From the NCBI GenBank assembly GCA_001773215.1, contig MEWB01000001.1:550099-614098 (forward strand): a stretch of DNA of 64,000 nucleotides, written 5' to 3'. A program made the position numbers and the translations under genes. Below are positions 47,865 to 60,300 of the stretch, piece after piece; the stretch's first letter is position 1, and every line of letters begins with the position of its first letter. The stretch comes from a candidate division WWE3 bacterium RIFOXYC1_FULL_40_10 (GTDB taxonomy: Bacteria; Patescibacteriota; WWE3; UBA101185; UBA10185). The notes beneath the pieces were generated by a model. It was not told where the DNA came from. It did not search any database and saw only the letters and a program-made list of their open reading frames with translations.

Positions 47865-48477
47865 ATTTGTCCTCCAAAGCCAAAAGTGCATCCTTTAGAA
47901 ACACTATCTTATGTGACTTTAATACCTCGAAGGCATTTAGATTTCCAAAAAAAGATGCCTCAAGTTTAGGTAAATTTATCAATGATTTTTTTAAATTCTC
48001 ATCTTTACTCGACCATACAAAAAGTGCTTGCGTACGAATACCTAAAGTAGACATAATCTTAGAAACTGCACCTGTTTTAGGCTTATCCAGGCTAATCTTT
48101 TCCAGTACAACGATATCACCCTTGCTGTATTTATCAGATAAAGCAGATTTCAATGCTAAGGTGATCATTTTCTTAGGTAGCTTTAGCTTCCACGATCTTG
48201 GCTTAGGTCCGTGAGCAACACCGCCCCCTACCCATAGAGGACTTCTAATAGAACCTTGTCTAGATCTGCCGGTATGCTTTTGTGCTCTTGGCTTAATACC
48301 GCCTCCTCTAACCTCAGCACGTGTTTTTGTAGATGATGTACCTTGTCTTTGATTTGAATTGTAAACTCTCAAGTACTGGGCTAACACTCCTTTGTTTGGA
48401 ACTATCCCAAAGATAGCTTTGTCTAAAGTTAACTCTTCAATATTTTTATTTTCTATATCAACTACATTAATTTTCAT
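47851..48477 (-). CDS. rplD: 50S ribosomal protein uL4
   Basis: RQGT..TKTRAEVRGGG, QKHTG, GGGVAHGPKP. Confidence 0.96.
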   Translation of the reverse strand: MKINVVDIENKNIEELTLDKAIFGIVPNKGVLAQYLRVYNSNQRQGTSSTKTRAEVRGGGIKPRAQKHTGRSRQGSIRSPLWVGGGVAHGPKPRSWKLKLPKKMITLALKSALSDKYSKGDIVVLEKISLDKPKTGAVSKIMSTLGIRTQALFVWSSKDENLKKSLINLPKLEASFFGNLNAFEVLKSHKIVFLKDALLALEDKYAAK

Positions 48478-48895
48478 ATATGCGTATCTGTAATTTGTTG
48501 TTTCTTGGGCCTGGAACGGGACCTGATACTACAATCTTCTTTTCTAACGAATCAACTCTCAAAATAGATAGCCCTTTGATTGTCACCTTAGCATTACCCA
48601 TTCTTCCTGCCATTTTCTTACCTTTCATAACTCTACCCGGTGTTTGAGCCCCAATTGATCCGGGAGCTCTAGGCTTATCACTTTGCCCTCTTGTGGCCAT
48701 GGAACCTTTGAATCCCCATTTCTTCATAACACCTGCAAAGCCTCTACCTTTTGAATTTCCAATAACCGTAACTTTCTTGTTTATTAAATCTTCCCCTACC
48801 TCATCTTCTGCCTGTAAAACAGTAACGGGAACAATACGTCCATCATCTTTAAATAGCTGGGTCATATTCAATTTTTTTGCTTTTATTGTTTTCAT
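48467..48895 (-). CDS. rplC: 50S ribosomal protein uL3, internally shortened (142 aa)
   Basis: MTQLF..G..VPVT, SKGRGFAG, RAPGSIG, KGKKMAG, GPVPG. Confidence 0.93.
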   Translation of the reverse strand: MKTIKAKKLNMTQLFKDDGRIVPVTVLQAEDEVGEDLINKKVTVIGNSKGRGFAGVMKKWGFKGSMATRGQSDKPRAPGSIGAQTPGRVMKGKKMAGRMGNAKVTIKGLSILRVDSLEKKIVVSGPVPGPRNNKLQIRIYEN

Positions 48896-48910
48896 TTTGT
48901 TTACCTAACT

Positions 48911-48934
48911 AAAAAAGGCGCCCCCGGGCGCCTT
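48911..48934 (-). terminator. Intrinsic terminator/attenuator hairpin immediately upstream of rplC
   Basis: Minus strand AAGGCGCC-CGGG-GGCGCC-TTTTTT. Confidence 0.7.
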
Positions 48935-49016
48935 GCAGCAAGGTGACCCAAAGTATTCATCTTAATCTTTTTCTGCTCTTGTGTTTATCATTAAGTAGTT
49001 AAACGGTCAATGACCT

Positions 49017-49346
49017 TCACATCTTAATCGAAATTCCAACCCCTGCCGGCAAATTTAACTTCGAAAGATTATCAATGGTCGAGGGAGTCGGATTCAATAC
49101 ATCGATAACTCTCTTGTGTGTTCGAAGTTCAAATTGTTCTCTGCCTCTTTTATCAATATGAGGCCCTCTAATCACTGTAAATTTCTCAATTCTTGTTGGC
49201 AATGGTATTGGTCCTACAACCTTGGCCCCCGTTCTTATTGCTGTGTCAATAATTTTCCCACAGCTAAGATCTATTACCCTGCTATCATAAGAGTTTAGCT
49301 TTATTCTTATTTTCGAGTCTTTTGCGTTTTTAACTTTATTTGCCAT
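49017..49346 (-). CDS. rpsJ: 30S ribosomal protein uS10
   Basis: [25 protein letters not shown]; start at ATG 49346. Confidence 0.96.
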   Translation of the reverse strand: MANKVKNAKDSKIRIKLNSYDSRVIDLSCGKIIDTAIRTGAKVVGPIPLPTRIEKFTVIRGPHIDKRGREQFELRTHKRVIDVLNPTPSTIDNLSKLNLPAGVGISIKM

Positions 49347-49361
49347 AAAACCTTCCAAAGT

Positions 49362-49384
49362 GTGGTCCGCCTGCGGCGGACCAC
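49362..49384. repeat. Perfect GC-rich inverted repeat between tuf and rpsJ
   Basis: GTGGTCCGCC-TGC-GGCGGACCAC, 10-bp stem, no U tract on the sense strand. Confidence 0.8.
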
Positions 49385-49399
49385 CTTCTAATTCTATTC

Positions 49400-50578
49400 T
49401 TAAGCTATAACCTTAGTTATTACTCCTGCTCCAACTGTATGCCCACCTTCTCTGATAGCGAATCTCATACCTTCTTCCAAAGCTACTGGAGTAATGAGTT
49501 TTGCCTTAAAGGTAACATCGTCACCCGGCATAACCATCTCAACACCTTCAGGTAGAGTAATTTCTCCGGTAACATCTGTGGTTCTAATGTAGAACTGAGG
49601 TCTGTAACCGCTGAAAAAAGGTTTCTGTCTTCCACCTTCCTCTTTTGAGAGAATGTAGACCTGGCAATCAAACTCTGTGTGAGGTTTAACTGATCCTGGT
49701 TTGGCCAGAACCTGTCCTCTTTCCACATCTTCTCGGTTGATACCTCTAACCAAGATACCAACATTATCCCCTGCTTGTCCTTCTTGCATCTGTTTCTTAA
49801 ACATTTCGACGCCTGTGACAACTGATTTCTTTGTATCTTTAATTCCCACAATTTCAACCTCTTCGTTTATCTTAACAAGTCCTCTTTCGATTCTTCCTGT
49901 TACAACAGTTCCTCTTCCCGAAATTGTGAAAACATCTTCAATAGGCATAAGGAACGGCTTTTCTAGGTCTCTAACCGGTGTAGGAATATATTCATCTACT
50001 TTAGCCATTAGTTCAATAATTGATTTCTTAGCATCCTCATCACCTTCAAGGGCTTTTAGCGCCGAACCTTTGATAATAGGTATTTCGTCTCCAGGGAAAC
50101 CGTATTTGGTTAGAAGTTCTCTTACCTCAAGTTCTACCAAATCTAAAATTTCTTTATCCTGAACCATGTCTACCTTATTCATAAACACAACAATAGAAGG
50201 AACATTTACTTGCTTGGCAAGTAAGATGTGTTCTCTTGTCTGTGGCATTGGACCGTCTGGAGCAGACACAACTAAAATAGCACCGTCCATTTGAGCAGCA
50301 CCTGTGATCATGTTTTTGATGTAGTCTGCATGACCTGGGGCATCAATATGAGCGTAGTGTCTTTTCTCAGTTTGATACTCAACGTGAGTAATATTGATAG
50401 TAATTCCTCTTTCCCTTTCCTCAGGGGCTTTATCAATATTCTCGAAAGCTACATATTCTCCACCGCCAACCTCGGATAAGACTTTGGTAATTGCTGAAGT
50501 CAAGGTAGTTTTACCGTGATCAACGTGTCCAATAGTTCCGATATTTACGTGTGGCTTGTTTCTAATAAAATCAGCCAT
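49400..50578 (-). CDS. tuf: Elongation factor Tu
   Basis: [31 protein letters not shown]. Confidence 0.99.
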   Translation of the reverse strand: MADFIRNKPHVNIGTIGHVDHGKTTLTSAITKVLSEVGGGEYVAFENIDKAPEERERGITINITHVEYQTEKRHYAHIDAPGHADYIKNMITGAAQMDGAILVVSAPDGPMPQTREHILLAKQVNVPSIVVFMNKVDMVQDKEILDLVELEVRELLTKYGFPGDEIPIIKGSALKALEGDEDAKKSIIELMAKVDEYIPTPVRDLEKPFLMPIEDVFTISGRGTVVTGRIERGLVKINEEVEIVGIKDTKKSVVTGVEMFKKQMQEGQAGDNVGILVRGINREDVERGQVLAKPGSVKPHTEFDCQVYILSKEEGGRQKPFFSGYRPQFYIRTTDVTGEITLPEGVEMVMPGDDVTFKAKLITPVALEEGMRFAIREGGHTVGAGVITKVIA

Positions 50579-50708
50579 AATTTACCTTTCAAAATAATTA
50601 CTTACATTTTAAAAACCTAACTTTTTATTAAAGCCTAATAAATGCAAATGCTAGTTAACCAAATAAATGTCGAAAAATCAAGGCTTTTCGTCACAGCTGT
50701 AACATAAT

Positions 50709-52802
50709 TTACATTCTGCTGGCCTGAACCGACCTGTTGACTTGGCTGGCTATACTTGCCGGAACTTCTTCATAATGGCTTGGCTCCATGGTAAATGAGG
50801 CTCTACCTTGTGTTAAACCCCTCAGTTCCGTGGCATAACCAAACATTTCAGACAAAGGTACTTCCGTCTTGATAACTCGAGCATTCCCTCTTGAATCTGA
50901 GCTTTCAATCTTACCTCTTTTGGATGAAATGTTACCTATGACATCCCCCATATAATCTTCCGGTGTAACAATTTCTACCTTCATAATCGGTTCTATTAGG
51001 TAAGGATCTGCCTCCTTCTGGGCTTTTCGCATAGCATCTATGGCCGCCATTTTAAAGGATTGCTCCGAGGAATCGACCTCGTGGTACGACCCATCTACCA
51101 ACATAACCTTGAAATCGGTAAAGGGATAACCTGCAACTATTCCGCACTCTGCTGCCTCTTTGACACCTTTCTCAACAGCCGGAATAAATTCTCTAGGTAT
51201 AGACCCACCGACAATTTTGTTTTCAAATTCGAAGCCTGATCCTCGTGGCAGTGGTTCCATTTTAATAACTACGTGCCCATATTGCCCCCTACCTCCGGAT
51301 TGCCTAATGTATTTCCCCTCCACTCCTACAGGGTTTCTCACCGTTTCTCTGTACGCAACCTGGGGTTTTCCTGTGTTTGCCTCTACCTTAAATTCCCTTC
51401 GCATTCTATCAACAATAATATCTAAATGAAGCTCTCCCATACCATATAAAATGGTTTGGCCGGTTTCTTCGTCCGTTTTCACCTTCAAAGTAGGATCCTC
51501 TTCCAGAAACTTCTTCAACGATTCACCCATTTTGTCTCTGTCAGATTTTGTTTTTGGTTCTACTACAACCCCTATTACAGGCTCTGCAAAGCTGATACTT
51601 TCCAGTATAACGTTATTAGTTTCATCACAAAGTGTGTCACCTGTAGTGGCTTGTATACCAACAGCAGCTGCTATTTCCCCAGCTCTAATATCTTTAATCT
51701 CTTCTCTTTTATTTGCGTGCATCAGTAAAATACGCCCTAATCTTTCTTTCGTATCTTTTGTAGAATTTCTGATATAAGAACCGGCTGTTGCCTTGCCAGA
51801 GTAAACTCTAAAATAAGTTAATCTACCAACATAAGGGTCTGTTTGAACTTTAAATGCCAAAGCCACAAACGGGCCTTCTTGGTCAGCTGAAAGCTCAATA
51901 GGCTCGCCATCTGCTCCTTTTATGCCATGAACTGCAGGTTTATCCTTGGGAGAAGGCAAAAAATCTACTACGCCATCCAAAACTTTTTGGACTCCTTTAT
52001 TTCCCAAAGCGGAACCGCAATAAATGGGATAAAGCGAAGCAGTAACAGTGGCCTTCCTTAATCCAGCCTTTAACTCCTCGATTGACAGCTCCTTGCCTCC
52101 AAGATACTTTTCGAGCAAGGTGTCGTCCGATTCGGCAATGATATCTACTAGCTTGGCTCTAAACTCTTCAACTTTAGGCAACATATCTGCCGGAATTTCG
52201 GTTTCCGTTACATCGTGTCCCAACTCTCCTTCGAATTTATAAGCCTTTCTCTCTATCAGATCAATTACAGCCTCGAAGGTGTTCTCTAAACCAATAGGCA
52301 ACTGAACCGCTACTCCCTTATTTGTCAGTTTCTCCGATACAGACTGAACCGACATATAAAAATCGCCGCCTATTTTATCTAATTTATTTACGAAAAACAG
52401 CAAGGGTACGTTGTATTTTTGAGCTTGTCTAAATACTGTTTCAGATTGAGGTTCAACCCCTTGAGACCCATCTAAAAGGATCACTGCTCCATCTAAAACT
52501 CTTAACGAACGCTCAACTTCGGCTGTAAAATCCACATGACCGGGTGTATCGATTATATTTATCCTATGATCTTTCCAAAAGCATGTTGTAGCCGCGGATG
52601 TAATTGTAATACCTCTTTCTTGCTCTTGAGCCATCCAATCCATTGTTGCGGCACCTTCGTGGACTTCACCTATCTTATGGGATTTTCCGGTGTAGTACAG
52701 TACACGCTCGGTAGTCGTTGTTTTACCGGCATCTATGTGTGCAATAATTCCAATATTTCTTATCTTCTCAAGTGGGTATGTGATGTTCGAGCTTTCTGCC
52801 AT
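50709..52802 (-). CDS. fusA: Elongation factor G
   Basis: [29 protein letters not shown]. Confidence 0.99.
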   Translation of the reverse strand: MAESSNITYPLEKIRNIGIIAHIDAGKTTTTERVLYYTGKSHKIGEVHEGAATMDWMAQEQERGITITSAATTCFWKDHRINIIDTPGHVDFTAEVERSLRVLDGAVILLDGSQGVEPQSETVFRQAQKYNVPLLFFVNKLDKIGGDFYMSVQSVSEKLTNKGVAVQLPIGLENTFEAVIDLIERKAYKFEGELGHDVTETEIPADMLPKVEEFRAKLVDIIAESDDTLLEKYLGGKELSIEELKAGLRKATVTASLYPIYCGSALGNKGVQKVLDGVVDFLPSPKDKPAVHGIKGADGEPIELSADQEGPFVALAFKVQTDPYVGRLTYFRVYSGKATAGSYIRNSTKDTKERLGRILLMHANKREEIKDIRAGEIAAAVGIQATTGDTLCDETNNVILESISFAEPVIGVVVEPKTKSDRDKMGESLKKFLEEDPTLKVKTDEETGQTILYGMGELHLDIIVDRMRREFKVEANTGKPQVAYRETVRNPVGVEGKYIRQSGGRGQYGHVVIKMEPLPRGSGFEFENKIVGGSIPREFIPAVEKGVKEAAECGIVAGYPFTDFKVMLVDGSYHEVDSSEQSFKMAAIDAMRKAQKEADPYLIEPIMKVEIVTPEDYMGDVIGNISSKRGKIESSDSRGNARVIKTEVPLSEMFGYATELRGLTQGRASFTMEPSHYEEVPASIASQVNRSVQASRM

Positions 52803-52817
52803 ATTTCCTCCTGGGTG

Positions 52818-53285
52818 TTAATACCTTGCAAAATGGGCAAAAGCTCTGTTAGCGTCAGCCATTTTATGAGTGTCGTCTCTTTTCTTAACAGCATCTCCTG
52901 TACCGTCGAGAGCCATATTTAGCTCATTAAATAATTTCACTTCCATTGTTTTACCTTTTTTTGATCTGGCCGACCCCACTAACCATCGTAAAGCCAACCC
53001 TTCGGCTCTCTCATGTTTTACAGGAACGGGGACCTGATAAGTAGCACCGCCAACCCTTCTGGAACGAACTTCCTGAAGAGGTATAACGTTTTTAATTGCG
53101 TCTTCAAACTTCTTGATCGCATCTTTTCGGTCTTCCGCTAGTTTATCGATAGCACCGTACACAATTGATTCAGCGGTGGCTTTTTGCCCTCTTTGCATAA
53201 CTATGCTAATCATCTTAGACACAACTCGTGATTTAAATATTTGGTCAGGTATTACTTGTCTTTTCTTTGCTTTTTTACCTCTCAT
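52818..53285 (-). CDS. rpsG: 30S ribosomal protein uS7
   Basis: EVRSRRVGGATYQVP, HKMADANRAFAH. Confidence 0.98.
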   Translation of the reverse strand: MRGKKAKKRQVIPDQIFKSRVVSKMISIVMQRGQKATAESIVYGAIDKLAEDRKDAIKKFEDAIKNVIPLQEVRSRRVGGATYQVPVPVKHERAEGLALRWLVGSARSKKGKTMEVKLFNELNMALDGTGDAVKKRDDTHKMADANRAFAHFARY

Positions 53286-53287
53286 AT

Positions 53288-53701
53288 TTAGTCCTTAGGC
53301 TTTTTAGCCCCGTAAATTGATCTGGATGTTTTCCTCTTGCCTACTCCTGCAAGATCCAGAGTTCCACGAACGATAGTATATTTAATTCCCGGTAAATCCT
53401 GTATCTTTCCACCCTTTATCAACACAACTGAGTGTTCTTGTAGATTATGTCCCTCACCTGGAATATACGCGGTAACTTCTCTTTTGTTTGATAACCTTAC
53501 TCGCGCAACTTTTCGCAATGCAGAGTTTGGTTTTTTCGGGGTAGCTGTTCTAACCTGTAAAATAACCCCTCTCTTAAATGGGCTGGAAAAAGGCACCGGT
53601 TTTCTATGACGGGTATTATAACCTTCTTTTAACGCAGGTGTTTTAGCTTTCTTTAGTTTTGTTTTTCTTCCTCTTCTTATGAGTTGGTTAATTGTCGGCA
53701 T
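53288..53701 (-). CDS. rpsL: 30S ribosomal protein uS12
   Basis: [26 protein letters not shown]. Confidence 0.98.
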   Translation of the reverse strand: MPTINQLIRRGRKTKLKKAKTPALKEGYNTRHRKPVPFSSPFKRGVILQVRTATPKKPNSALRKVARVRLSNKREVTAYIPGEGHNLQEHSVVLIKGGKIQDLPGIKYTIVRGTLDLAGVGKRKTSRSIYGAKKPKD

Positions 53702-53709
53702 ATGTTTTT

Positions 53710-56700
53710 TTATTCTTCTCTGGCAGCCTCACCGGTAGGAATTAGTCTCCCAATAATTACGTTCTCTTTTAGCCCTACCAAGTTATCAACCTTACCAGAA
53801 GCCGCGGCATCGGTCAATACATTAGCTGTTTGGATAAAGGATGCAGCAGAAAGGAAACTATCAGTATTTAAGGAAGCCTTAGTAATACCCAACAATGTAA
53901 GTTTTCCTGTTGCCGGTATACCTCCGCTTGCCAAAACTGCTTCGTTTTCTTCCTCAAAACTTGCTTTAGTAACAAGCTCGCCTGCCAAAAATTCAGTGTC
54001 GCCTTGATCCTCAATTCTAACGTGATTAAACATTTGTTTTACTATTATCTCAAGATGTTTGTCATGAATGGACACACCCTGTGAAGCATATACACCTTGT
54101 ATTTCCTCAATGATGTATTTTTTAGTGGCATCTACACCAACTGTTCTGTACAGTTCGCTTAAGTCCATATTTCCCAAAGTGACTCTGTCACCTTTTGCAA
54201 TCAATTGGCCATCTTCCACTACAATCTCTGAGACCGGATCTATCGCGTATTCCACTGATTCTTCATCTGAATCTATAGGTTTTATCAATACTTTTCTGTC
54301 ATCTCCGTTTTTAACTAATGTAACTTTTCCCGTCACTTCCGACATTAAAGCTAAAAATTTAGGAGTTCTGGCTTCAACCAGTTCCTCAACTCTAGGTAAA
54401 CCTTGGGTAATATCTTTTCCTACAATTCCCCCTGTGTGGAATGTTCTCATAGATAGCTGGGTCCCGGGCTCTCCAATTGATTGAGCCGCTGCTACTCCAA
54501 CCGCTGCCCCAATTCTTACCATTTCGCCTGTCATTAAGTCTTTACCATAGCATTTTGAGCAAATACCCACTCTAGTTTCACAATGCATAGGGGATCTAAG
54601 ATAGATGGCTTTTGCTTTAGATTTTCCAATCTTTTCGGCCAAAGCCTTAGTTATCATCTCGCCTTTTTTGACGATCACATTTTTTCCCTCTTCTACATCT
54701 TTTGCTAATAAACGCCCTACTATTCTCTCTTCAAAGCTTTGTAAGATAGTACCTTCTCCCACTTTCAGTTCTCTACCACCATCGGTACCGCAATCGTCAG
54801 CTCTTATGATAACGTCCTGTGAAACGTCAACAAGTCTTCTGGTTAAATAACCTGCGTCAGCTGTTTTTAAGCCCTTATCAATCAATCCTTTTCTAGCACC
54901 TCGTGCCCCTGAAAAGTACTCTAAGGCGGCAAGACCGTATTTATAGTTACCTGTTATAGGCATCTCAACAACTTTACCGGTTGCATCAAAAACCAAGCCT
55001 CTCATACCGGCTATCTGTTTTACCTGATCTCTGCTTGCTCTTACTGAACCGGACTTAACCAAAACTTTAACCGGGTTTTCATCATCCATATTCTTCCAAG
55101 CAGCCTCGTCAACATCAGCCATAACCTTATTCCAAGTGTCTTCTTTATTTCTTAAGGCCTCTGCAGCTGTAATCAGCCCTCTTCTAGCATACTGATCGAT
55201 ATCTATAACAGCTTTTTTTCCTGCTTCGATTAAAGACTCTCTTTCTACAGGAACCTGGATATCAGACAAAGAAATCGATTGCCCGCACACAGTTCCGTAA
55301 AAAAGGCCTAAATCCTTAAAATTATCGATCATTTCCACAACAGTATCATTTGACTCCTGGTCGAACGCGGTTGCTAACAGAGCATGTAGTTTTTTCTTAT
55401 CTAAGGCCTCGTTAATATAACCAAAAGAAGCCGGAATCACTTGATTGAACAAAACTCTACCCGGAGTTGTTTCCAAAACTTTTCCATCTATGAACACTTT
55501 TACCGGTTGTCTTAGTCGAACCGCTTTTTTGATTTCATAAGCAAAAGTTAACTCGTTCAATGAAGAAAAGGTCATTTGAGATGCTTTTTCTTTAGGATCA
55601 ACCGAGGTCATGTAGTAGATACCGAATATAACTGTTTTCTGAGGAACTGAGATAGGTGATCCGTTCGATGGATTTCGCAAGTTCTTGGTTGCCATCATCA
55701 CAGATTTGGCCTCTTCTATAGCTGCTTTTGTCAAAGGAACGTGAATAGCCATCTGGTCACCGTCAAAGTCGGCATTATAACCGTTACAAACGCACAAATG
55801 GAGCTTAATTGCATTACCTTCTATCAGTTTAGGATAGAAAGCTTGAATACCCAATCTCCAAAGCGTAGGAGCTCTGTTTAATAGAACAGGATGACCCTCG
55901 ACAACTTCTTCAAGGATATCCCAAACTTCGGGACCGCGCTCTTCCAGTAAAAATTTAGCGCTCTTAACATTAGGTGCATGCCCGCGAAGCATCAATTCCC
56001 TTAACACCATAGGCTTGAACAATTCTAAAGCCATTTCTTTTGGAACTCCGCACTCGCTTAGTTTTAAGGTCGGTCCATCAATAATAACGGCACGTCCTGA
56101 GTAATCTACTCTCTTACCTAACAAATTAAGTCTGAAAATACCTTGCTTTCCCTTTATCATATCTGCAAGAGATCTTAGCTCTTTCCTGCCCCTTACTACT
56201 CGTGTTTTCTTTCTCTGTTTAGATGAATCGAATAAGGCATCTACCGACTCTTGTAACATTCTTTTTTCGTTTCTAACAATGATTTCTGGCGCCCCAAGCT
56301 CAAGTAGTCTTTTTAAGCGGTTATTGCGGTTTATTAATCTTCGGTATAAATCATTTAAATCAGAACTAGCAAATCTTCCACCCTCAAGCTGTACCATAGG
56401 TCGCAAATCAGGAGGAATAACAGGCACAATATCCATAATCATTCTGGATGGCGCTAAATTTGCTCTTCTAAATTGTTCTACGACTTTTAATCTTTTAGCA
56501 ATTTTCTGCGCTTTTTGACCCTTAGATCTACCTAGCTCATCTCTTAGTTTTTGAGCCAGAGTGTTTAAATCGATATTTCCTAATATACCTTCCAATGCTT
56601 CAGCACCTATTTGCAGTTTGCTAAATCTACCCAGGTAATCAATTAATGAAATATATTCGTTTTCCGAAATTACAGAGTGGAGGGCAACACTTTCGATCTT

Positions 56701-57378
56701 TTTTTGAATTAACTTGTAAGTTTTCTGGTCTTCATCCAGTTTTTTCTCAAACGCCACTCTTAACTGCTGAATCTGTTGATTTATTTTGTAGATATCTTCC
56801 TGAGCTGTAAGGTCATCCCTCTTTTTGGATAATTTTTCTACCTCTTTTTCTTTATCTGAAATTTCTTTAGCTAATTCTCTTTCCAGTTTTTGCTTTGTTT
56901 TCTCGATATCTTCCTCAATTGCCGAAATTACTGCAGCTTTCTTTTTATGATCAATTTCCGTAACAATGAATGAGGCAAAATAAACTACCGACTCCACATT
57001 TCTTGGAGTTAGATCAAGCAAGAGTGCCATCTTTGAGGGTATGCCTTTAAAGAACCACACATGGGCGATTGGTGAAGCCAGCTTAATATGTCCCATTCTT
57101 TCTCTTCTCACACGTGAGTGAATTACTTCAACGCCGCACTTATCGCAGATTACCCCTTTGTATCTGATGCCTTTGTATTTTCCGCAGTAACACTCATAGT
57201 TCTTAGTAGGTCCAAAAATTCGCTCATCGAACAAGCCTTCCCTCTCGGACTTAAATGTTCTGTAATTTATGGTTTCAGGCTTGGTTACTTCACCATGAGA
57301 CCAGGATAGCATCTCTTCAGAGGAAGCTAAAAATATTTTTATTGCCTCAAAATCTTTTAAATTAGATAGATCTTTCAT
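53710..57378 (-). CDS. rpoC: RNA polymerase beta' subunit
   Basis: Zn finger, [28 protein letters not shown]; N-terminal coiled-coil insertion. Confidence 0.99.
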   Translation of the reverse strand: MKDLSNLKDFEAIKIFLASSEEMLSWSHGEVTKPETINYRTFKSEREGLFDERIFGPTKNYECYCGKYKGIRYKGVICDKCGVEVIHSRVRRERMGHIKLASPIAHVWFFKGIPSKMALLLDLTPRNVESVVYFASFIVTEIDHKKKAAVISAIEEDIEKTKQKLERELAKEISDKEKEVEKLSKKRDDLTAQEDIYKINQQIQQLRVAFEKKLDEDQKTYKLIQKKIESVALHSVISENEYISLIDYLGRFSKLQIGAEALEGILGNIDLNTLAQKLRDELGRSKGQKAQKIAKRLKVVEQFRRANLAPSRMIMDIVPVIPPDLRPMVQLEGGRFASSDLNDLYRRLINRNNRLKRLLELGAPEIIVRNEKRMLQESVDALFDSSKQRKKTRVVRGRKELRSLADMIKGKQGIFRLNLLGKRVDYSGRAVIIDGPTLKLSECGVPKEMALELFKPMVLRELMLRGHAPNVKSAKFLLEERGPEVWDILEEVVEGHPVLLNRAPTLWRLGIQAFYPKLIEGNAIKLHLCVCNGYNADFDGDQMAIHVPLTKAAIEEAKSVMMATKNLRNPSNGSPISVPQKTVIFGIYYMTSVDPKEKASQMTFSSLNELTFAYEIKKAVRLRQPVKVFIDGKVLETTPGRVLFNQVIPASFGYINEALDKKKLHALLATAFDQESNDTVVEMIDNFKDLGLFYGTVCGQSISLSDIQVPVERESLIEAGKKAVIDIDQYARRGLITAAEALRNKEDTWNKVMADVDEAAWKNMDDENPVKVLVKSGSVRASRDQVKQIAGMRGLVFDATGKVVEMPITGNYKYGLAALEYFSGARGARKGLIDKGLKTADAGYLTRRLVDVSQDVIIRADDCGTDGGRELKVGEGTILQSFEERIVGRLLAKDVEEGKNVIVKKGEMITKALAEKIGKSKAKAIYLRSPMHCETRVGICSKCYGKDLMTGEMVRIGAAVGVAAAQSIGEPGTQLSMRTFHTGGIVGKDITQGLPRVEELVEARTPKFLALMSEVTGKVTLVKNGDDRKVLIKPIDSDEESVEYAIDPVSEIVVEDGQLIAKGDRVTLGNMDLSELYRTVGVDATKKYIIEEIQGVYASQGVSIHDKHLEIIVKQMFNHVRIEDQGDTEFLAGELVTKASFEEENEAVLASGGIPATGKLTLLGITKASLNTDSFLSAASFIQTANVLTDAAASGKVDNLVGLKENVIIGRLIPTGEAAREE

Positions 57379-57387
57379 ATGTGTTTC

Positions 57388-60300
57388 CTAACTTACTACC
57401 TCCTGGGAACTCACTAGTTCCTCAACTTCGTCCTTATTAACTACGAGTTCCTCAATAGCTTCGTTTCCCTCAAGAGAGGTAATTTCCTCACCTGTATCGG
57501 AATTTGCTGATGTAGGATGGGATACCATGGCATCTAACCCCAATCCCAACCCATTGAGTTTTCTAACCAACAATTTAAAGGTTTCAGGTACTGTCGAATC
57601 AGGTATTTCTTGCCCTTTCACAATAGCACCATAGGCTTGCTGTCGACCTATCATATCGTCGGACTTAATAGTCAACATTTCCTTTAAGATATGTGCCGCA
57701 CCATATGATTCCAATGCCCAAACTTCCATTTCTCCAAATCTTTGGCCTCCGAACTGTGCTTTACCTCCCAAGGGCTGTTGTGTAATCAAAGAATAAGGCC
57801 CTGTTGATCTGGCGTGCATCTTTTCCTCGGACATATGAATAAGCTTTAGAATATATGCGTCACCTACAACAATTTCATTATGGAAGTATTCTCCGGTACG
57901 GCCATCTCTTAGTTTCATTTTTCCCGATACAGGTAGCCCGGCTTTTTTGAGCTCGTCTACAATTAATTCTTCGGGAATTTCTTGAAGAGGAGGTACTTCA
58001 TAATAGGTATTCATCTTCTTACCTGCCATACCTAACATACACTCCAATGATTGCCCAACGTTCATTCTGTTCAATACGGCCGCAGATGAAAATATAATAT
58101 CTACGTGGCTGCCATCCGGCAAAACAGGCATATCTACTGTTGGAACGATGGCTGAAATTACACCTTTATTCCCGTGTCTGCCTGCTAGTTTGTCTCCAAC
58201 TTCGATTTTCTTTTGCTGTGCCACATAAACTGTAATCTCTTCGATAGTACCTGCCGGTAACGAGTTGTTGTCTTTTTTAGATACTCTTTTTATGCCTATT
58301 ACAACACCGTGTTCACCATGAGGCATTTTTAATGAAGTGTCCCTAACATCTTTTGCCTTTTCACCGAATATAGCTCTTAATAATCTTTCTTCGGCAGTTA
58401 GATCGACTTCCCCCTTAGGCGCAACTTTTCCTACAAGAATGTCGCCCGCTTTAACCTTTGATCCAATTGCCACAATTCCATCTTCATCCAAATTTCTTAA
58501 CACGTCCTCTGAAACATTTGGAATGTCTCTTGTTATTTCTTCAGGTCCAAGTTTAGTTTCCTGAACCGAAGATGTGTAATCAGAAACGTGAATCGAAGTA
58601 AGAACGTCATCTTTAACTAGTCTATCGGATATAACAACACCATCTTCATATTCCAATCCTTCATATATCATGTATGCGATAGTCATATTGGTACCAATCG
58701 ACATCTCTCCGCCTTCTACAGCGGGCCCTTCTATCAACACATCACCTTTTTTTACCTTGTCATCTGTTGAAACTCTAGTGTACTGATTAAAACAGGTGTC
58801 TGCGTTTGTTTGCACAAATTTAGCGGCTTCATAAGTAATTTTAGAGCTGGATCCTTTGTACTTAACAACAACCTTGGATGCGTCAGCGTAATCAATAACT
58901 CCATCACTGTCTGCAACAATTAAAGCAGGAGTATTAATGGCTACCTCGCCCTCAATTCCTGTTCCTACGATAGGTCGTTGAGGTTTCACCAAAGGAACTG
59001 CTTGAGACATTTGTTGAGTACCCATCAAAGCTCGGGAGATATCGTCATTTTGAACGAAGGGTATCATCCCTGCGATTACTCCTAAAACCTGTCTGGGGAC
59101 GACTTCTATATACTGAGCTTGCTCAACATTTCCTAAGAAAAAGTTACCTCCTTTTCTAAGAGGTACCTGGGAATCCACTATAAATCCCTTTTCATCTATA
59201 TCTACCGACTGGTCGGTTATAAAAACATTCTCTTCTTCATAGGCTGCTAAGTACACCATCTCATCAGTTAGTTTAATTCTGCCGTCTTTGGTTTTATCAA
59301 GTTTAAAATAAGGAGTTTCCAAAAAGCCGTATTCGTTAGTTTTTGCATATAAAGCCATGTAATTAATAAGTCCTACGTTTGGTCCTTCCGGAGTTCTAAC
59401 TGCACAAACCTTCCCAAAAGAAGAATAATGCACGTCCCTCACTGAAAAACTGGCACGCTCTTTTGTAAGACCACCCGGTCCTAGTACTGATAATCTTCTT
59501 AGGTGTTCAACCGAAGTCATCGGGTTTTGCTGGTCGTGTAATTGCGATAATTGCCCGGTAGCGAAAAAGCTGTGAACTGATGCTGCAACAGCTCTAGGTG
59601 ATACCAAGGTCGAAGGCTCAGGAAGGACTTCCCTTGGCGATAATGCCATTCTTTCCTTGATATTTTTTTCCATTCGTATAAAACCGATTCTCATTTGCCA
59701 TTGTAAAAGCTCTCCTACACTTTTAACTCTTCGGTTTCCCAAAAAGTCTGTGTCACTGGGCTCTACTCCCGGCGCTCCATTGTTTAATTCGATTATTCTG
59801 GAAAGTATTTTTATTAAATCTTCTAACTGAATAAGTCTGTGTTCGGGATCATTAGGAAAGTTTAATCCTAGTACTTGATTCAATTTGAATCTTCCTACTG
59901 CTCCAAGGCTGTATCTCCTCTTGTTAAAAAACATAGAGGCCACTAATGCCTTTGCATTTTCGAGAACTAACGGTTCACCCGGTCTCATCTTTCGATAAAC
60001 CTCAATGCAGGCCTCATCATAAGAGGCTGTAGGATCTTTTGATAATGTGGATTCAATATAATTAACTTCAGGATTTGTCTCCACAGCGGAAAAAGCTCCT
60101 CTTATATCATCATCTGTTTCTAGCCCAAAAAGTCTTAACACTGTAGTGGCTGTGATTTTTCTTTTTCTGTCTATTCGGACGCTAATCACGCCTGTTCTTG
60201 AGGTTTCGAATTCAAGCCAAATTCCACTGCGAGGCAAAATTTTTGAGCTGGCTAAAAACTGCCCAGTTATAGGTGATACATCTCTTGAAAAAAGAACGCC

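Noticed and set aside
48467-48895. rplC as pseudogene or frameshifted gene
   Set aside because: Frame is continuous, both termini and functional loops are present, and it is coupled to rplD
50690-50703. Imperfect palindrome GTCACAGCTGTAAC after the fusA stop
   Set aside because: Short, single, and not a clear match to an operator or terminator; the fusA-tuf gap probably holds a promoter but I could not fix its elements
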